DNA of 64,000 nucleotides from Phyllobates terribilis (taxonomy: Eukaryota). Location: contig NW_027362767.1 in the NCBI RefSeq assembly GCF_046119375.1, positions 184,698,001 to 184,762,000 of the forward strand, in the 5' to 3' direction. Positions 36,601 through 49,105 of the stretch are shown piece after piece. The position numbers and the translations under genes were made by a program. A model generated the notes under the pieces. That model was not told the DNA's origin. It ran no database searches and saw nothing but the letters and a program-made list of their open reading frames with translations. Position 1 is the stretch's first letter. Each line of letters opens with the position of its first letter.

Positions 36601-38228
36601 TACAGACCAAAAGTTTGGACACACCATCTCATTTAAAGATTTTTCAGCATTTTCATGACTTTGAAAATTGTACATTCACACTGAAGGCATCAAAACTATT
36701 AATTAACACATGTGGAATTATATACTTAACAAAAAAGTGTGAAATAACTGAAAATATGTCTTATATTCTAGGTTCTTCAAAGTAGCCACCTTTTGCTTTG
36801 ATGACTGCTTTGCACACTCTTGGCATTCTCTTGATGAGCTTCAAGAGGTAGTCACCGGAAATGGTCTTCCAACAATCTTGAAGGAGTTCCCAGAGATGCT
36901 TTAGCACTTGTTGGCCCTTTTGCCTTCACTCTGCGGTCCAGCTCACCCCAAACCATCTCGATTGGGTTCAGGTCTGGTGACTGTGGAGGCCAGGTCATCT
37001 GGCGTAGCACCCCATCACTATCCTTCTTGGTCAAATAGCTCTTACACAGCCTGGAGGTGTGTTTAGGGTCATTGTCCTGTTGAAAAATAAATGATGGTCC
37101 AACTAAACGCAAACCGGATGGAATAGCATGCCGCTGCAAGATGCTGTGGTAGCCCTGCTGGTTCAGTATGCCTTCAATTTTGAATAAATCCCCAACAGTG
37201 TCACCAGCAAAGCCCCCCCACACCATCACACCTCCTCCTCCATGCTTCACGGTGGGAACCAGGCATGTAGAGTCCATCCGTTCACCTTTTCTGTGTCGCA
37301 CAAAGACACGGTGGTTGGAACCAAAGATCTCAAATTTGGACTCATCAGACCAAAGCACAGATTTCCACTGGTCTAATGTCCAATCCTTGTGTTCTTTAGC
37401 CCAAACAAGTCTCTTCTGCTTGTTGCCTGTCCTTTTAAGTGGTTTCCTAGCAGCTATTTTACCATGAAGGCCTGCTACACAAAGTCTCCTCTTAATAGTT
37501 GTTGAAGAGATGTGTCTGCTGCTAGAACTCTGTGTGGCATTGACCTGGTCTCTAATCTGAGCTGCTGTTAACCTGCGATTTCTGAGACTGGTGACTCGGA
37601 TAAACTTATCCTCAGAAGCAGAGGTGACTCTTGGTCTTCCTTTCCTGGGGCGGTCCTCATGTGAGCCAGTTTCTTTGTAGCGCTTGATGGTTTTTGCAAC
37701 TGCACTTGGGGACACTTTCAAAGTTTGCCCAATTTTTCGGACTGACTGACCTTCATTTCTTAAAGTAATGATGGCCACTCGTTTTTCTTTACTTAGCTGC
37801 TTTTTTCTTGCCATAATTCACATTCTAACAGTCTATTCAGTAGGACTATCAGCTGTGTGTCCACCTGACTTCTGCACAACACAACTGATGGTCTCAACCC
37901 CATTTATAAGGCAAGAAATCCCACTTATTAAACCTGACAGGGCACACCTGTGAAGTGAAAACCATTTCTGGTGACTACCTCTTGAATCTCCTCAAGAGAA
38001 TGTCAAGAGTGTGCAAAGCAGTCATCAAAGCAAAAGGTGGCTACTTTGAAGAACCTAGAATATAAGACATATTTTTAGTTGTTTCACACTTTTTTGTTAA
38101 GTATATAATTCCACATGTGTTAATTGATGGTTTTGATGTCTTCAGTGTGAATGTACAATTTTCAAAGTCATGAAAATACAGAAAAATCTTTAAATGAGAA
38201 GGTGTGTCCAAACTTTTTGTCTGTACTG
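36598..38228 (-). mobile_element. Near-intact Tc1 element (1631 bp)
   Basis: Long TIRs cagtacagaccaaaagtttggacaca... / ...tgtgtccaaactttttgtctgtactg with TA flanks. Confidence 0.92.
36852..37814 (-). pseudogene. Tc1 transposase with a late +1 frameshift
   Basis: MARKKQLSKEKRVAII...WSDESKF...QQDNDPKH...SPDLNPIE. After GPTSAK an extra A shifts the expected HLWELL frame. Confidence 0.85.
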
Positions 38229-38261
<33 letters not shown>

Positions 38262-38859
38262 CTTTCTGAACTAACAGTCCTTCTGAGGACTAATCCAGCT
38301 GCATATATTCAGTGGTGAAAGCAGGAGTTAGGCAGTCAGGCAGTATATGTGGCAGACTGCAGTGCATATAGTGCAAGACTGTTCATATAGTGCATATAGT
38401 GCAGTGCATATAGTGCTGCTGAGTCAGGGAGAGATTTGCTTGTTTATGATTAGTATAGGTATTCCACAACATATATATATATATATATATATATCCATCT
38501 GAACTAACAGTCCTTCTGTGGACTAATCCAGCTGCATATAATCAGTGTTAGGCAGGCAGTGTATGTGGCAGACTGCAGTGCATACAGCGCAAGAGGGTCC
38601 ATTGAACGTCCTGTCTGCTGCTGCTGTAATAATTACAGATATTTGTAGACATAGACCCAGATATCAGGGGCCAGGGCAATTTTTTTTTTATCTTAATCCT
38701 GGTTATTTGCTTAAAAAGCAATCAAGGGTACACCATTTTTCTGCTCCATTTGCTTTTTCTCACTGCAGAATAAAGCCATATCTGTTCCATATTTCAGTGC
38801 TAAAAATTCTGAAATTTGAACCGAACGTGGAAAATATTGGCCTCCTTTTCTATTCTGTT

Positions 38860-39423
38860 GCAGTGTCAGTCAAGCTATTCACACTAGGTCTCTGTGCAGA
38901 ATAATATTAGTAAATTACAGGCCTGCGATTTAAAATTACCTATAAGAGTGTTGCAAAATAAGCCATTTCTTCCATTTTCATTTCGTTGCAGTGTGTCGGT
39001 CAAGCTAGTCACATTAAGTGTCTGTGAAGAATAGTATTAGTAAATTACAGGCCTGCTGTTTAAAACCGTGGTTCTCTGTCAGACATATCACCTATAAGTG
39101 TTCCAAAATCAGCGATTTCTTCCATTTTCATTTCGTTGCAGTGTGTCGGTCAAGCTATTCACACTAGGAGTCTGTGAAGAATAGTATTAGTAAATTACAG
39201 GCCTGCTAATAAAACCATGTTTCTCTGTCAGACATATCACCTATAAGAGTGTTCCAAAATAAGCCATTTCTTCCATTTGCATTTTGTTGCAGTGTGGCAA
39301 TCAAGCTATTCACACTAGATCTCTATGTAGAATAATATTAGTAAATTACAGGCCTGCTATTTAAAATTGTGGTTCTCTGTCATACATATCACATATAACT
39401 GCGTTCCAAAATCAGCCATTTCT
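38860..39423. repeat. Tandem repeat, 4 units of 128-151 bp, upstream of the second hAT transposase
   Basis: gcagtgt...caagctattcacac...agtaaattacaggcctgc anchors at 38860, 38988, 39138 and 39289. Confidence 0.85.
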
Positions 39424-39456
39424 TGTGAACACGGAAAATATTGTCCTCCATTTAAA

Positions 39457-41640
39457 ATGGGCAAGGTGCGTGGCAAGGGACGAGGAAGTGGCCTCTCGCC
39501 CGGCCAGCTTCAAGCGAGTCAAGAGGAGAACGTGTGTAGCGATGCCCAAATATTTGAGCACGGTCACACGAAGGCAACGGTGGGAAAGTGCAATTACTGT
39601 TGCAAGAGGTGGATGATGAGACACAATTGCCAGAAAGTCAGGAGGAGGACCAGGGTGCGGAAGTGGAAGATGAGGTGGTGGATAATATAGTAACTGACCC
39701 AATTTGGCAGGGGGACATACAGAGCGAGGACAGCAGCAAACAGGAGGAGGGAGGCATAGCACCACAACAGGCAGGAAGAAGCAGTGTTGTGGCCGCAGAC
39801 ACAAGGTGGGAAAGCGTTCCTCGTAATGCCAACATGACGAAAGTTGCCAGTACAACTGTTGGGTCTTCCTGAGTCAGGTTCTTTTTTTAAAGACTCTGCA
39901 GATAACCCCAAAAAGGCCATTTGCACCACCTGCCAGGCCAGCATCAGCAGCGGTAGCAAAACTAGCAGCCTGACCACCACAAGCATGATCAGGCACCTGG
40001 AAGCAAAGCACCCGACTAAGTGGGCCGAACCCCAGGGTCCAGAAATAGTGTCTGTGACACCATTGCTTCTTCCGCTGTTGTGCGTGAACACCAATCCCCT
40101 GTCCATGGTGCATGCAAGGATGCCTTCCGCCCTGCATGTATCGTTGCACACTCTCAACTAGCACCATCAGCAAGCATGTCCTTGTCCCAGCACAGTGTTC
40201 AGTTGTTCCTACCCTAGTCCTTGGAATGCAAGCGCAAATACGCAGCCAACGCCCCACAGGCCACACTACTAAATTCACACATTTCACAAATGCTTGCGCT
40301 TGAAATGTTGCCTTTTTTAGGCTCGTGGACACGGAATCTTTCCGCAACCTGATGGCGGCGGCCTTTCCTCGGTACTCGGTCCCCAGCCACCACTATTTCT
40401 CCCAGTGTGCTGTCCATGCATTACACGAGCACGTGTCCCACAACATTAGGCGTGCCCTCAACAACGCAGTTACTGGGAAAGTCCACCTAACCACGGACAC
40501 ATGGACAAATGCTTGTGGGCAGGGACGGTACATCTCGCTGATGGCACACTGGGTTAATATAGTGGAAGCCGGGACCCAGTCGGACCTTGGGACAGAACAC
40601 GTCCTCCCAACACCGAGGATTGCTGGCCCTGGGTCAATCAGGGTTGCCCCCACATCCTACACCTCCTCCCCTTCAGCCTTCATCTCTGAAATGACCACAT
40701 AAGTCGCAAGCTGGAAGCACTACAGCACTGCCTTGGCCAAGCAGCAACAGGCTGTGCTGAAGCTGATATGCTTAGGTGACAAACCGCACAATGCTGAAGA
40801 GTTGTGGACAGCTCTGAAAGAGCAGGCAGATCTGTGGCTGACACCGCTAACCCTACAGCCAGGCATGGTCGTGTGTGACAATAGCTGGAACCTGGTGGTG
40901 GATCTGAGGCAAGGCGAGCTCACACATGTACTATGCCTGGCCCATGTGCTTAACCTCGTGGTTCAGCAGTTTCTGAAAACCTACCCGCTGCACTTGCAGT
41001 GTTTCAGCAGCGTTTGCAGTGTCCAGCTCACCGACTGAGCTGTGATGTCCCCACGCGTTGGAACTCTACATTGCAGATGTTGGGAAATATTTGTGAGCAG
41101 AAGAGGGCAGTTGTTGACTACCAGCATCAACAAGGCCGTCGGTATTAAATTCAGACTCCACACATAAAATATCAGGAGTGGACATGGATGTCAGACATAT
41201 GTACCATCGTCCAAAACTTTGAGGACTCCACCAAGATGAGCGGCGATGATGACGCCATAATTAGCGTCACCATCCCGCTTCTGTCTTCTGAAATGCTCTC
41301 TGCTCACAATTAAAGAGGATGCATTGCAGGCAGAGCACGATGAGATGGAGCAAGAAACCATACAGGGTGATTCCACACAGCCCAACTTAGTCTCATCCCA
41401 AAGTGGATTGGGTGACAATGAAGAACAGGAGGATTAGCAACAGGAGCTAGTTTCCTGCGCTATAGATGGTACTACCTGCACAACTGTTATATCGTTGGTT
41501 CAGTTTGGATGGCCTGAGGACAGCAAGGAGGAGGAAGAGGAGCAGGAGTAGGATGAGGGGGAGAGCATGGTCAGTCATCCTCTTGGTGAGGACACGGAAG
41601 TCTTGCCTGTTTGCAGTCTGGCACACATGGCTGAGTTATG
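39457..41640 (+). pseudogene. Decayed hAT transposase with internal deletions
   Basis: ATG at 39457 gives MGKVRGKGRG. Fragments FFKDSADNPKKAICTTC, HLTTDTWTNACG and CLAHVLNL. Multiple stops and frameshifts, and the 3' part is deleted. Confidence 0.85.
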
Positions 41641-42812
41641 CTGCGTTTCCCATAGACTTACATTGGGCTCGTTACTCGGACCGACCACTCGAGCAATCCA
41701 ATTTGCTCGACCCGAGCAACGAGTACCGCGAGCATTTTAGTGCTCGCTCATCACTAGTCAATCGTGATACCTCAACCTGGTAAGCCAAGCTTCAAAGAGT
41801 GGCCAAATGGTTATTGTAGCCAGGCTGGATATTTCTTGTTAACTATATGGAGCTCAGTGAGTTGGAGAAACAAAGTGTTTAAAATGCAAGGTGCTTTCTC
41901 CTAATTTAGTCTACGGTTCAGTCATGGACCAGCTTTTTTAATATTATAATCTAAGCCATCCTGTAAATATGACCAGGCATGTAAAAAATGGGTTACAGAA
42001 TAGGAATGTATTTACATGTGGGGGTCAGGCTGTGCTGATTGTGATCCATAATTCTTTTCTCCTTCCCTCAAGGAAACAGAAGAGTAACTTTAGACAAACA
42101 TTTAGGCACTTCGGATATTTTCCCTTTTTATTTCATAACTGTTTTACATATTTGTGTGTAGTTTTATTTTTATCTCTTTTGTAAACATTGTACTTTTCAT
42201 ACTAAAGCTTAAAACTTTAATAAATTCGATCCTTGTATGCTCTAAAGAATCCATAGCTTTTCAGAGAGTGTGGGACCTTTTCGATTGTCGGACAGTAGCA
42301 CATTTTTGATGAGCAGTGACAGTGTGTTGTGGAGCTGGGGTGTGTTGACTGTGTCAGGGTGTGATTCATAATATCTTTATAGTCTGTAACAGAAGTTGAG
42401 TACTGGATTGAGTTACAGTAGATAAATTAACTCTTGGAGAAGCATCCCACATCACATGCTGATGACAGGAGGCTATTCAGGTCTACCATGAGTGGGAGAT
42501 AGGACATCTTCACTAAATAGGCTAAATAACTCCAGATCTGTTGCAGTCTCTGAAGCATCTGTCTGAAATATTTGGGGTATAGTTCATGGAAGTAAGTGGG
42601 GATATATTAAGCACAAAGCAATTTAAGAGAGATTTCTGTTAAAGAAACTCAACTATTTCCCTAGAAAGGGTATGAAAACAATGAAACCAGCTCCAAGTGG
42701 AAAGTGAAATAACAAAATTGGCCTCCCATTTTTTTTTAAACAATGAATATGGAAAAGAGATAATACCACTGTCTAAAGGATGGTTATGCTTTTGAGCTTT
42801 CACCAATGGCCT

Positions 42813-45800
42813 CTTTATGGGACCAGGTGGCGAAACCTCTGTGCTGGGATGCAAGGAGGTAGACAGTCAGGCGGGCACGGCTGATAGACAGTCAGGCGGG
42901 CACGGCTGATAGACAAGCAGGTGGGCACGGCTGACAGACTGACTAGTGGGCACGGCTGATAGACAGGCAGGCGGGCACGGCTGACAGACTGACTGGCTGG
43001 CACTGGAACCTGAGGGCTGAGGAGAGTGTTAGCACACAAACAACAACCTTGCACAGGCACCTCAATTTTGGAGGAGGTTCTTTTAATAGGAGTGGTCCAC
43101 CGTCCATTGGCCGCAGACTCTTTAGGATGGCGCGCGCGGCCCTAAGCACGGTGCCCGGGAAGCTGAGCGTGATGCATGCAACAGCAGCAGGGGAACTGGA
43201 GGACGCCGGACCGGGACCGCAGTGGTGAGGGGAACGGCATCTCTGCCAACACTACAGAACCCCCCCCGTTACGCCCCCTCTTCTTTAAGCCCGCAAGAAA
43301 TTTTTCTAGAAGACTAGGGGCATGAATGTTCTCCCTGGGCTCCCAAGACCTCTCCTCAGGACCAAACCCCTTCCAATCCACAAGAAAGAAAGTCTTTCCT
43401 CTTACCCTCTTGATGGCCAAAATGTTTTCTATCTCAAAGACGTCCTCAGCGGCGACGGGAGCAGGAGTGATACCTGAATTGTCAGAAAAAGAATTAAGGA
43501 CAACCAGTTTGAGGAGAGACACGTGAAAGGAGTTGGGGATCCATAAGGAGGCCGGGAGTCTCAGCTTGTAAGCCACTGGATTTGTTTGGTTCAGAATCTC
43601 GAACGGACCTATGAACCGCGGACCCAACTTGTAAGAAGGTATCTTGAGACGGACATATTTGGAGGAAAGCCAGACCTTGTCTCCCAGACGGAATTGAGGT
43701 GGATCCAGACGTCTCTTATCAGCATGCTTCTGCATCCACTCGGAGGACTGAAGAAGCGCAGATCTAGTGTCTTCCCAAATCGTAGAAAATTCACTTACGA
43801 GAGCCTCTGCGGCAGGATTGTCCACTGAGGAGGAGACGGGAAACAGAATCTGGGGGTGTCAATCGTAGACCACAAAAAATGGAGACTTAGCAGAAGACTC
43901 ACTCACATGGTTGTTATAGTAAAACTCGGCCCATGGCAGGAGCTCAACCCAATTGCTATGATGAGCGTTGACAAAGTGCCGAAGAAAACTGGTAAGGATC
44001 TGATTGATACGTTCCACTTGACCATTGGACTGAGGATGATAGGCCGAGAAAAATCCAAAGAGACATCCAGCAGCTTGCACGTAGCTCTCTAAAAGCGAGA
44101 AGTGAACTGAACTCCTTGGTCTGAGATAATGTGGAGGGGTAATGATGTGACGGATGAAGTCCTTAGCCAGCAAAGGTGCAGATGGAAAACCAGGCCGAGG
44201 GATGAAGTGAGCCATCTTGGAGAAGCGGCCGGCGACCACCGAAATGACAGTACAACCAGCTGATGCAGGAAGATCCATGATGAAATCCATTGCAATATGT
44301 TGCCATGGAGCGGAAGGTATGGGAATAGGAAGGAAACGACCGGCTGGAAGGTGTCTAGGTATTTTGTTGCGGGCACAAGAGGAACAAGCCGCAACAAAAT
44401 CTACAACATCCTTGCGCAGGGTGGGCCACCAATAATGCCGGGTAATGAGCAGAAGCGTCTTCCTTTGGCAGGCATGGCTAGCCAGTTTGGATGAATGGCC
44501 CCAGAGTAAGACCCTCTTCCGATCCTGAGCTGCTACAAAGGTCTTACCAGGAAGTAGATGAGACATGTCAAATGGTGCAACAGTCATAATTCTGAAGGGG
44601 TCAATGATGTGTAGAGGCTCCTCCTCTAGGTTGGAAGACAAAAAAGAGCGGGATAGAGCGTCGGCTTTAATGTTCTTGTCTGCCGGGCAGTAATGGAGAG
44701 TGAAGCAGAATCGAGCAAAGAACAAAGACCATCTGGCATGATGCGGGTTTAGTCTTTGGGCGGTCTACAAATAAGCGAGGTTTTTATGGTCAGTGTAGAT
44801 GACCACCGGGTGCAGAGCCCCCTCAAGCAATTAGCCACTCCTCCAGTGCTAATTTGATGGCCAGCAGTTCTCGATCTCCTACGGAGTAATTGCACTTGGA
44901 CGGAGAGAAGAGTTTGGAAAAGAAGCCGCAGGTCACCATTCGCCCAGATGAGGTTTTCTGGGTAAGCACTGCTCCGGATCCGGAGGAAGAGGCATCAACC
45001 TCCAGGAACAACTGTTTATTGCAATCCAGACGGTGTAACACAGGAGCGGAGGAGAAGGCTTGTTTAAGAGAGATAAAGGCATTCTCTGCCTCGGAAGACC
45101 ACTCCCTGGGATTTGCTCCCTTACGGGTAAGAGCGGAGATGGGAGCTGTCCGGGAGGAGAAATGAGGAACGAAGAGATGGTAATAGTTTGCGAATCCCAG
45201 AAACCGCTGAATTGCCTTCAAGCCCTCCAGTTGGGGCCACTTTAAGACCGCAGACACCTTCTCGGGATCCATCCGCAGTCCGGTCTCAGAGATGATACAC
45301 CCCAGAAACGTCAGGGAGGTCTGTTCAAAGAGGCATTTCTCGAACTTAGCATACAGACAATTCTTCCGGAGCCTCAGCAGGACCTGACGAACATCCCTCC
45401 GGTGAGAGGGCTGATCAGGGGAGAACACCAAGATATCATCCAGGCACAACACCACGCAGGAATACAGGAGATCTCGAAAGATATCATTTACTAACTCCTG
45501 AAAGACGGCTGGAGAATTACAGAGACCGAAGGGCATCACGCGGTACTCGTAGTGACCATCCCGAGTGTTGAAAGCCATCTCCCTGGCGAATCCAGACCAG
45601 ATTGTACGCCCCACGCAGGTCGAGCTTGATGAAGACTTTTGCGCCTTTTAGACAGTCAAACAGCTCTGTGATGAGAGGCAGGGGGTACTTATTCTTGATG
45701 GTAATCTCGTTTAGGCCCCTATAGTCGATACAAGGACGAAGAGAGCCGTCTTTCTTTTTGACGAAGAAGAATCTTGTTCCAGCCGGAGAGGTGGATTTCT

Positions 45801-47231
45801 GGATAAATCCTCTAGCAAGATTTTCTTCAATGTATTCATACATGGCACGGATCTCGGCCAGCGACAAGGGGTAGATTCGCCAAGGGAGGAAGGTATGACA
45901 CGACTGGCTAGCTCATCCTTGATCCGTCCGGAAAGGCCCTCCCAAAAGGTGGATCACCAGGGCCTCATTGTTCCAGGCAAGTTCAGATGTGAGGGTTCGG
46001 AAACGCACGGCATACTGGCCCACAGAGAGTCTCCCTTGGCGGAGTCGGAGAAGAGAGGAGGCAGTAGAAAGTTTTCATCCAGGCTCATCGAACACCTTCC
46101 GGAAAGCCACGAGGAAAGCCTGGAGATTGAACACCAGAGGATCCCCTCTCTCCCACAGAGGGTTAAGCCATGCCAATGCTTCTCTGGTGAGGTGAGACAT
46201 GATGAATGCCAGCTTGGCTCGGTCGGAGGTGAACTGGTGTGCCAGGAGTTCAAAGTGCAGCGTGCACCAATTTATAAAGCCCCTACATAGGGGCGAATCA
46301 CCACCATAACGTGGAGGAGCACAGCGCCACTAGGTTGAGGTGCCACCTGAGCGGGTGCTGCTCGGTTAGAGGCGGACACAGTCGGAGTGGACAGCACGTC
46401 CAGGTGGGAGTTGACTGTCCGCAGGTAGGACAGGATAGTATCCTGTTGGGCTCTCTGGATTCCATGGCCTGTGCAAACTGTTACGGGACCAGGTGATGGA
46501 ACCTCTGTGCGGGGATGCAAGGAGGGACCAGAGGGGCATAACTAAGTGCCAACTCGGACCGACCTTGGCCACAATGCGGCTTAATCGACTCCGTGAACCA
46601 AGGAGGGACTGGGCAGGTGAACCAGGTGCCACTCTGGGACCGACCTTGGGTGAGAGCAGGCGACTCCCACGGGTCAGGTGGCTGCAGCTGACAGGTACAG
46701 TGAAAGAGTACGGCAGGTAGCCTGACGGGTGATCCGGGTAGGCAAGTAGGCGGGCTCGGCAGGTAGCCAGACAAGTGATCTGGATAGACAAGCAGGCGGC
46801 ACAGCAGGTGACCAGACAGGTGATCCGGGTAGGCAAGCCGGCGGGCATGGCAGGTAGACAGGCTGGCGGGCACGGCTGATAGATAGGCAGGCGGGCACGG
46901 CTGATAGATAGGCAGTCGGGCACGGCTAACAGACTGACTGGCTGGCACTGGAACCTGAGGGCTCAGGAGAGTGTTAGCACACAAACAACAACCTTGCACA
47001 GGCACCTCCATTTTGGAGGAGGCGCTTTATATAGGAGTGGTCCACCGGCCATTGGCCGGGGACTCTTTAGGACGGTGTGCGCGGCCCCTTTAAGAGGGAG
47101 GGAGCGCGCCCTAAGCACAGCGCCCGGGAAGCTGCACTCGATGCGTGCAACAGAACCAGGGGAGCTGGAGGACGCCGAACCGCAGCAGGAGGCAGAGACG
47201 CCGACGCCACAGCATCCACTCTGGAACACTA
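42813..47231 (-). mobile_element. Decayed chromovirus with divergent LTRs (~42813-43256 and ~46479-47231); protease region deleted
   Basis: Gag (AWLNPLWERGDPLVFNLQAFLVAFRKVFDEP) joins directly to RT ([11 protein letters not shown]). RT/RNase H lie at 44823-45867, integrase at 43859-44725, and the chromodomain FEIENIL...FFLVDWKGFGPEERSW. PPT at 43257-43267. Outer ends are approximate. Confidence 0.85.
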
Positions 47232-47764
47232 GATTAGCAAAGAAGCTCAATATACAGTGGGTGAAGGGTGGGATTATAGTTGGAACTGGAATTAGAGACA
47301 GATGGAGATGGAGAGAGTGTAACGCATTAGGTGATGGTAATTTTAAATCTGGCGGTAATGGACGAGTGGCCCTCAAAGGCCCTTGTAAAGTGTAAGTTTC
47401 AGTTTTTTGGATCCCTCTCCACCTATATGATTATTTAGAAGTTTTTGAAGACTGTAAATAGCAACAACCAGTTTGAATATTTAGAGAACTACCAACACAA
47501 ATAGGCTTCTGCATATGGTTACTTGATGATATACTACACTGGGTATTACCTTTCATCATAGCTTTAGTATTCCTGTCCCATGGTCTAACTCTAGCATCTA
47601 TTGTATGTGCACTGGGATATTTTAGATGAACAGCACTAGCAATTGCATTGCAATGTAATATCTTGAAATATTGTATACTGTAATAACATCTTTTGTAACA
47701 GTATTGAGTTTTATTTTTATTGTTTTCAAACTTAATATTGACTTGTATTGTGGTTTTTATTTAG

Positions 47765-47824
47765 GTTGCATGAAGGTGTACACCAAGAGCTCACATCTCA
47801 AGGCACATCAGAGAACACACACAG
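47765..47824 (+). CDS. Internal 60-bp exon of a Kruppel-like factor gene (zinc finger 1; KLF5 or KLF5-like architecture, paralog not resolved)
   Basis: Splice context is tttttatttag|GT TGC ATG AAG GTG TAC ACC AAG AGC TCA CAT CTC AAG GCA CAT CAG AGA ACA CAC ACA G|gtaaat, translating to (G)[19 protein letters not shown](G). The acceptor and donor are canonical and the phase is 1-1. Confidence 0.85.
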
Positions 47825-47934
47825 GTAAATACAATGTAGCATAACTCAAGATCAATTTACCTTCAGTTTCTAAACCACAGTTAATCCTGTATTTCCTGAT
47901 TTTAGTAATAGTGAAAAAATTAATTTTTCATGAG

Positions 47935-49019
47935 TAGAGATGAGCGGATGGCTGGTTTACCGATTTTTTTCCCTGGGAAATTTGATTAGCGGAGAAGTTA
48001 TTCTCTGTGAATTTAATGTCCATTATTATGCTCCGGGTTCTCTCAGACCTCAGAGCACAAAAAATGTAATATGTTAAAAAAAATAAATAAATCCTTATAC
48101 TCACCTTACTGCTCATCTCTCCAGCCCTTTCGCTACTCACTGCCACCCATTTGGTCTTCACTGCATCTTCTGATCCGCCACCACTCACACTGGAATTCCC
48201 AGCCCTCTCATGCTCAGCCGGGACTTCCAGTCTTCATACGGCCCAGGAGGGTTCTGCTCAAGTGCGTGGAAGATAATAACGTCACGATGTACGCCATGAC
48301 CTTCCACGAGCATGTACAAAACTGTCAATGAGTAAAAAGGGTTTCACCAGCTCACCTGAGCAAGACCGTCCTGAAGCGCGGATGCGAGGAACTGCTCGCA
48401 ATGATTCAACAAGGTATAAAAGGAAGGAGGGTTCCAGCTTCATAAATAGTCCAAAATTCTTTTATTGTAGAATTTTTTTTTTTTAAATCAGATTCCACAG
48501 TCATGTTCTATGGCCAGGACAATGCATTTTGAAGGCGGGACTTGCGTTCTTTGTCAAGACTCAAAGTTTGACAAAGAACGCAAGTCCCACCTTTGAAACG
48601 CGTTGTCCTGGCAATAGAATCTGATGGAATCTGATTTTACATTTTTTTTTCTACAATAAAAGAATTATGTACAAAACTGTCCCAGGCCTCATGAAAACTT
48701 GAAATCTTGGCTCAGTGCAACAGGCCTGGGGATTCCAGTGCAAGCGGCTGTGGGAAAGAAAATTTGGTGAGGACCAGACAGGTTGCGGTAAGGAGTAGAG
48801 AGGCCAGAGAGGTGCGCAGTGAAGTGAATATAAGGATTTTTTTCTATTTTTTTTAACCTTTTTATGCCCATTTATGTTTAAAAAATGGCAGCCCCCCAGC
48901 TGCCATTTTGCTTAATCTGCACAGAAGCGAATTGCAAAATAATCCATATTTTGACAAATGAAGATTTTTGTAAAATTTGAGTACAATTCAATTCACTTGA
49001 ATTTATTTGCTCATCTCTA
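47935..49019. mobile_element. hAT-type MITE (TAGAGATGAGC termini) carrying a 340-bp insertion
   Basis: tagagatgagcg...gctcatctcta termini. TSD is degenerate (ttcatgag/gtcaaaag). Confidence 0.65.
48327..48666 (-). mobile_element. Probable Penelope-like retroelement 3' fragment with an inverted terminal copy
   Basis: 15-bp direct repeat atgtacaaaactgtc at 48312-48326 and 48667-48681. An inverted repeat spans 48455-48666 and ends exactly at the insertion edge. Contains a ttgacaaag...gaaacgcgt motif. Confidence 0.5.
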
Positions 49020-49105
49020 GTCAAAAGATCTTAAATCTGTTACTTGGTTAACAATTGGTTTTAAAGTATTAAAGTGAAAAGGCATAGAGAAGTTTTGGCG
49101 CCCTA

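Larger units (their letters stand above)
30959..41756 (+). mobile_element. Second hAT element (10798 bp) hosting three Tc1 insertions
   Basis: TIRs tagtgatgag / ctcatcacta and a perfect 8-bp TSD gtcaatcg (30951-30958 and 41757-41764). The ends are homologous to those of 13271-27413. Confidence 0.93.

Noticed and set aside
30930-41790. Possible micro-exon split by the second hAT (…tacag|aggtgtcaatcg tgatacctcaacctg|gtaag)
   Set aside because: Only generic splice dinucleotides, no recognisable protein similarity, and expected by chance.
47728-47764. In-frame upstream extension YCGFYLG giving a first Cys for the zinc finger
   Set aside because: The spacing would be C-x5-C rather than the KLF C-x4-C. 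The sequence is a T-rich tract ending in AG, so it is better read as a splice acceptor.
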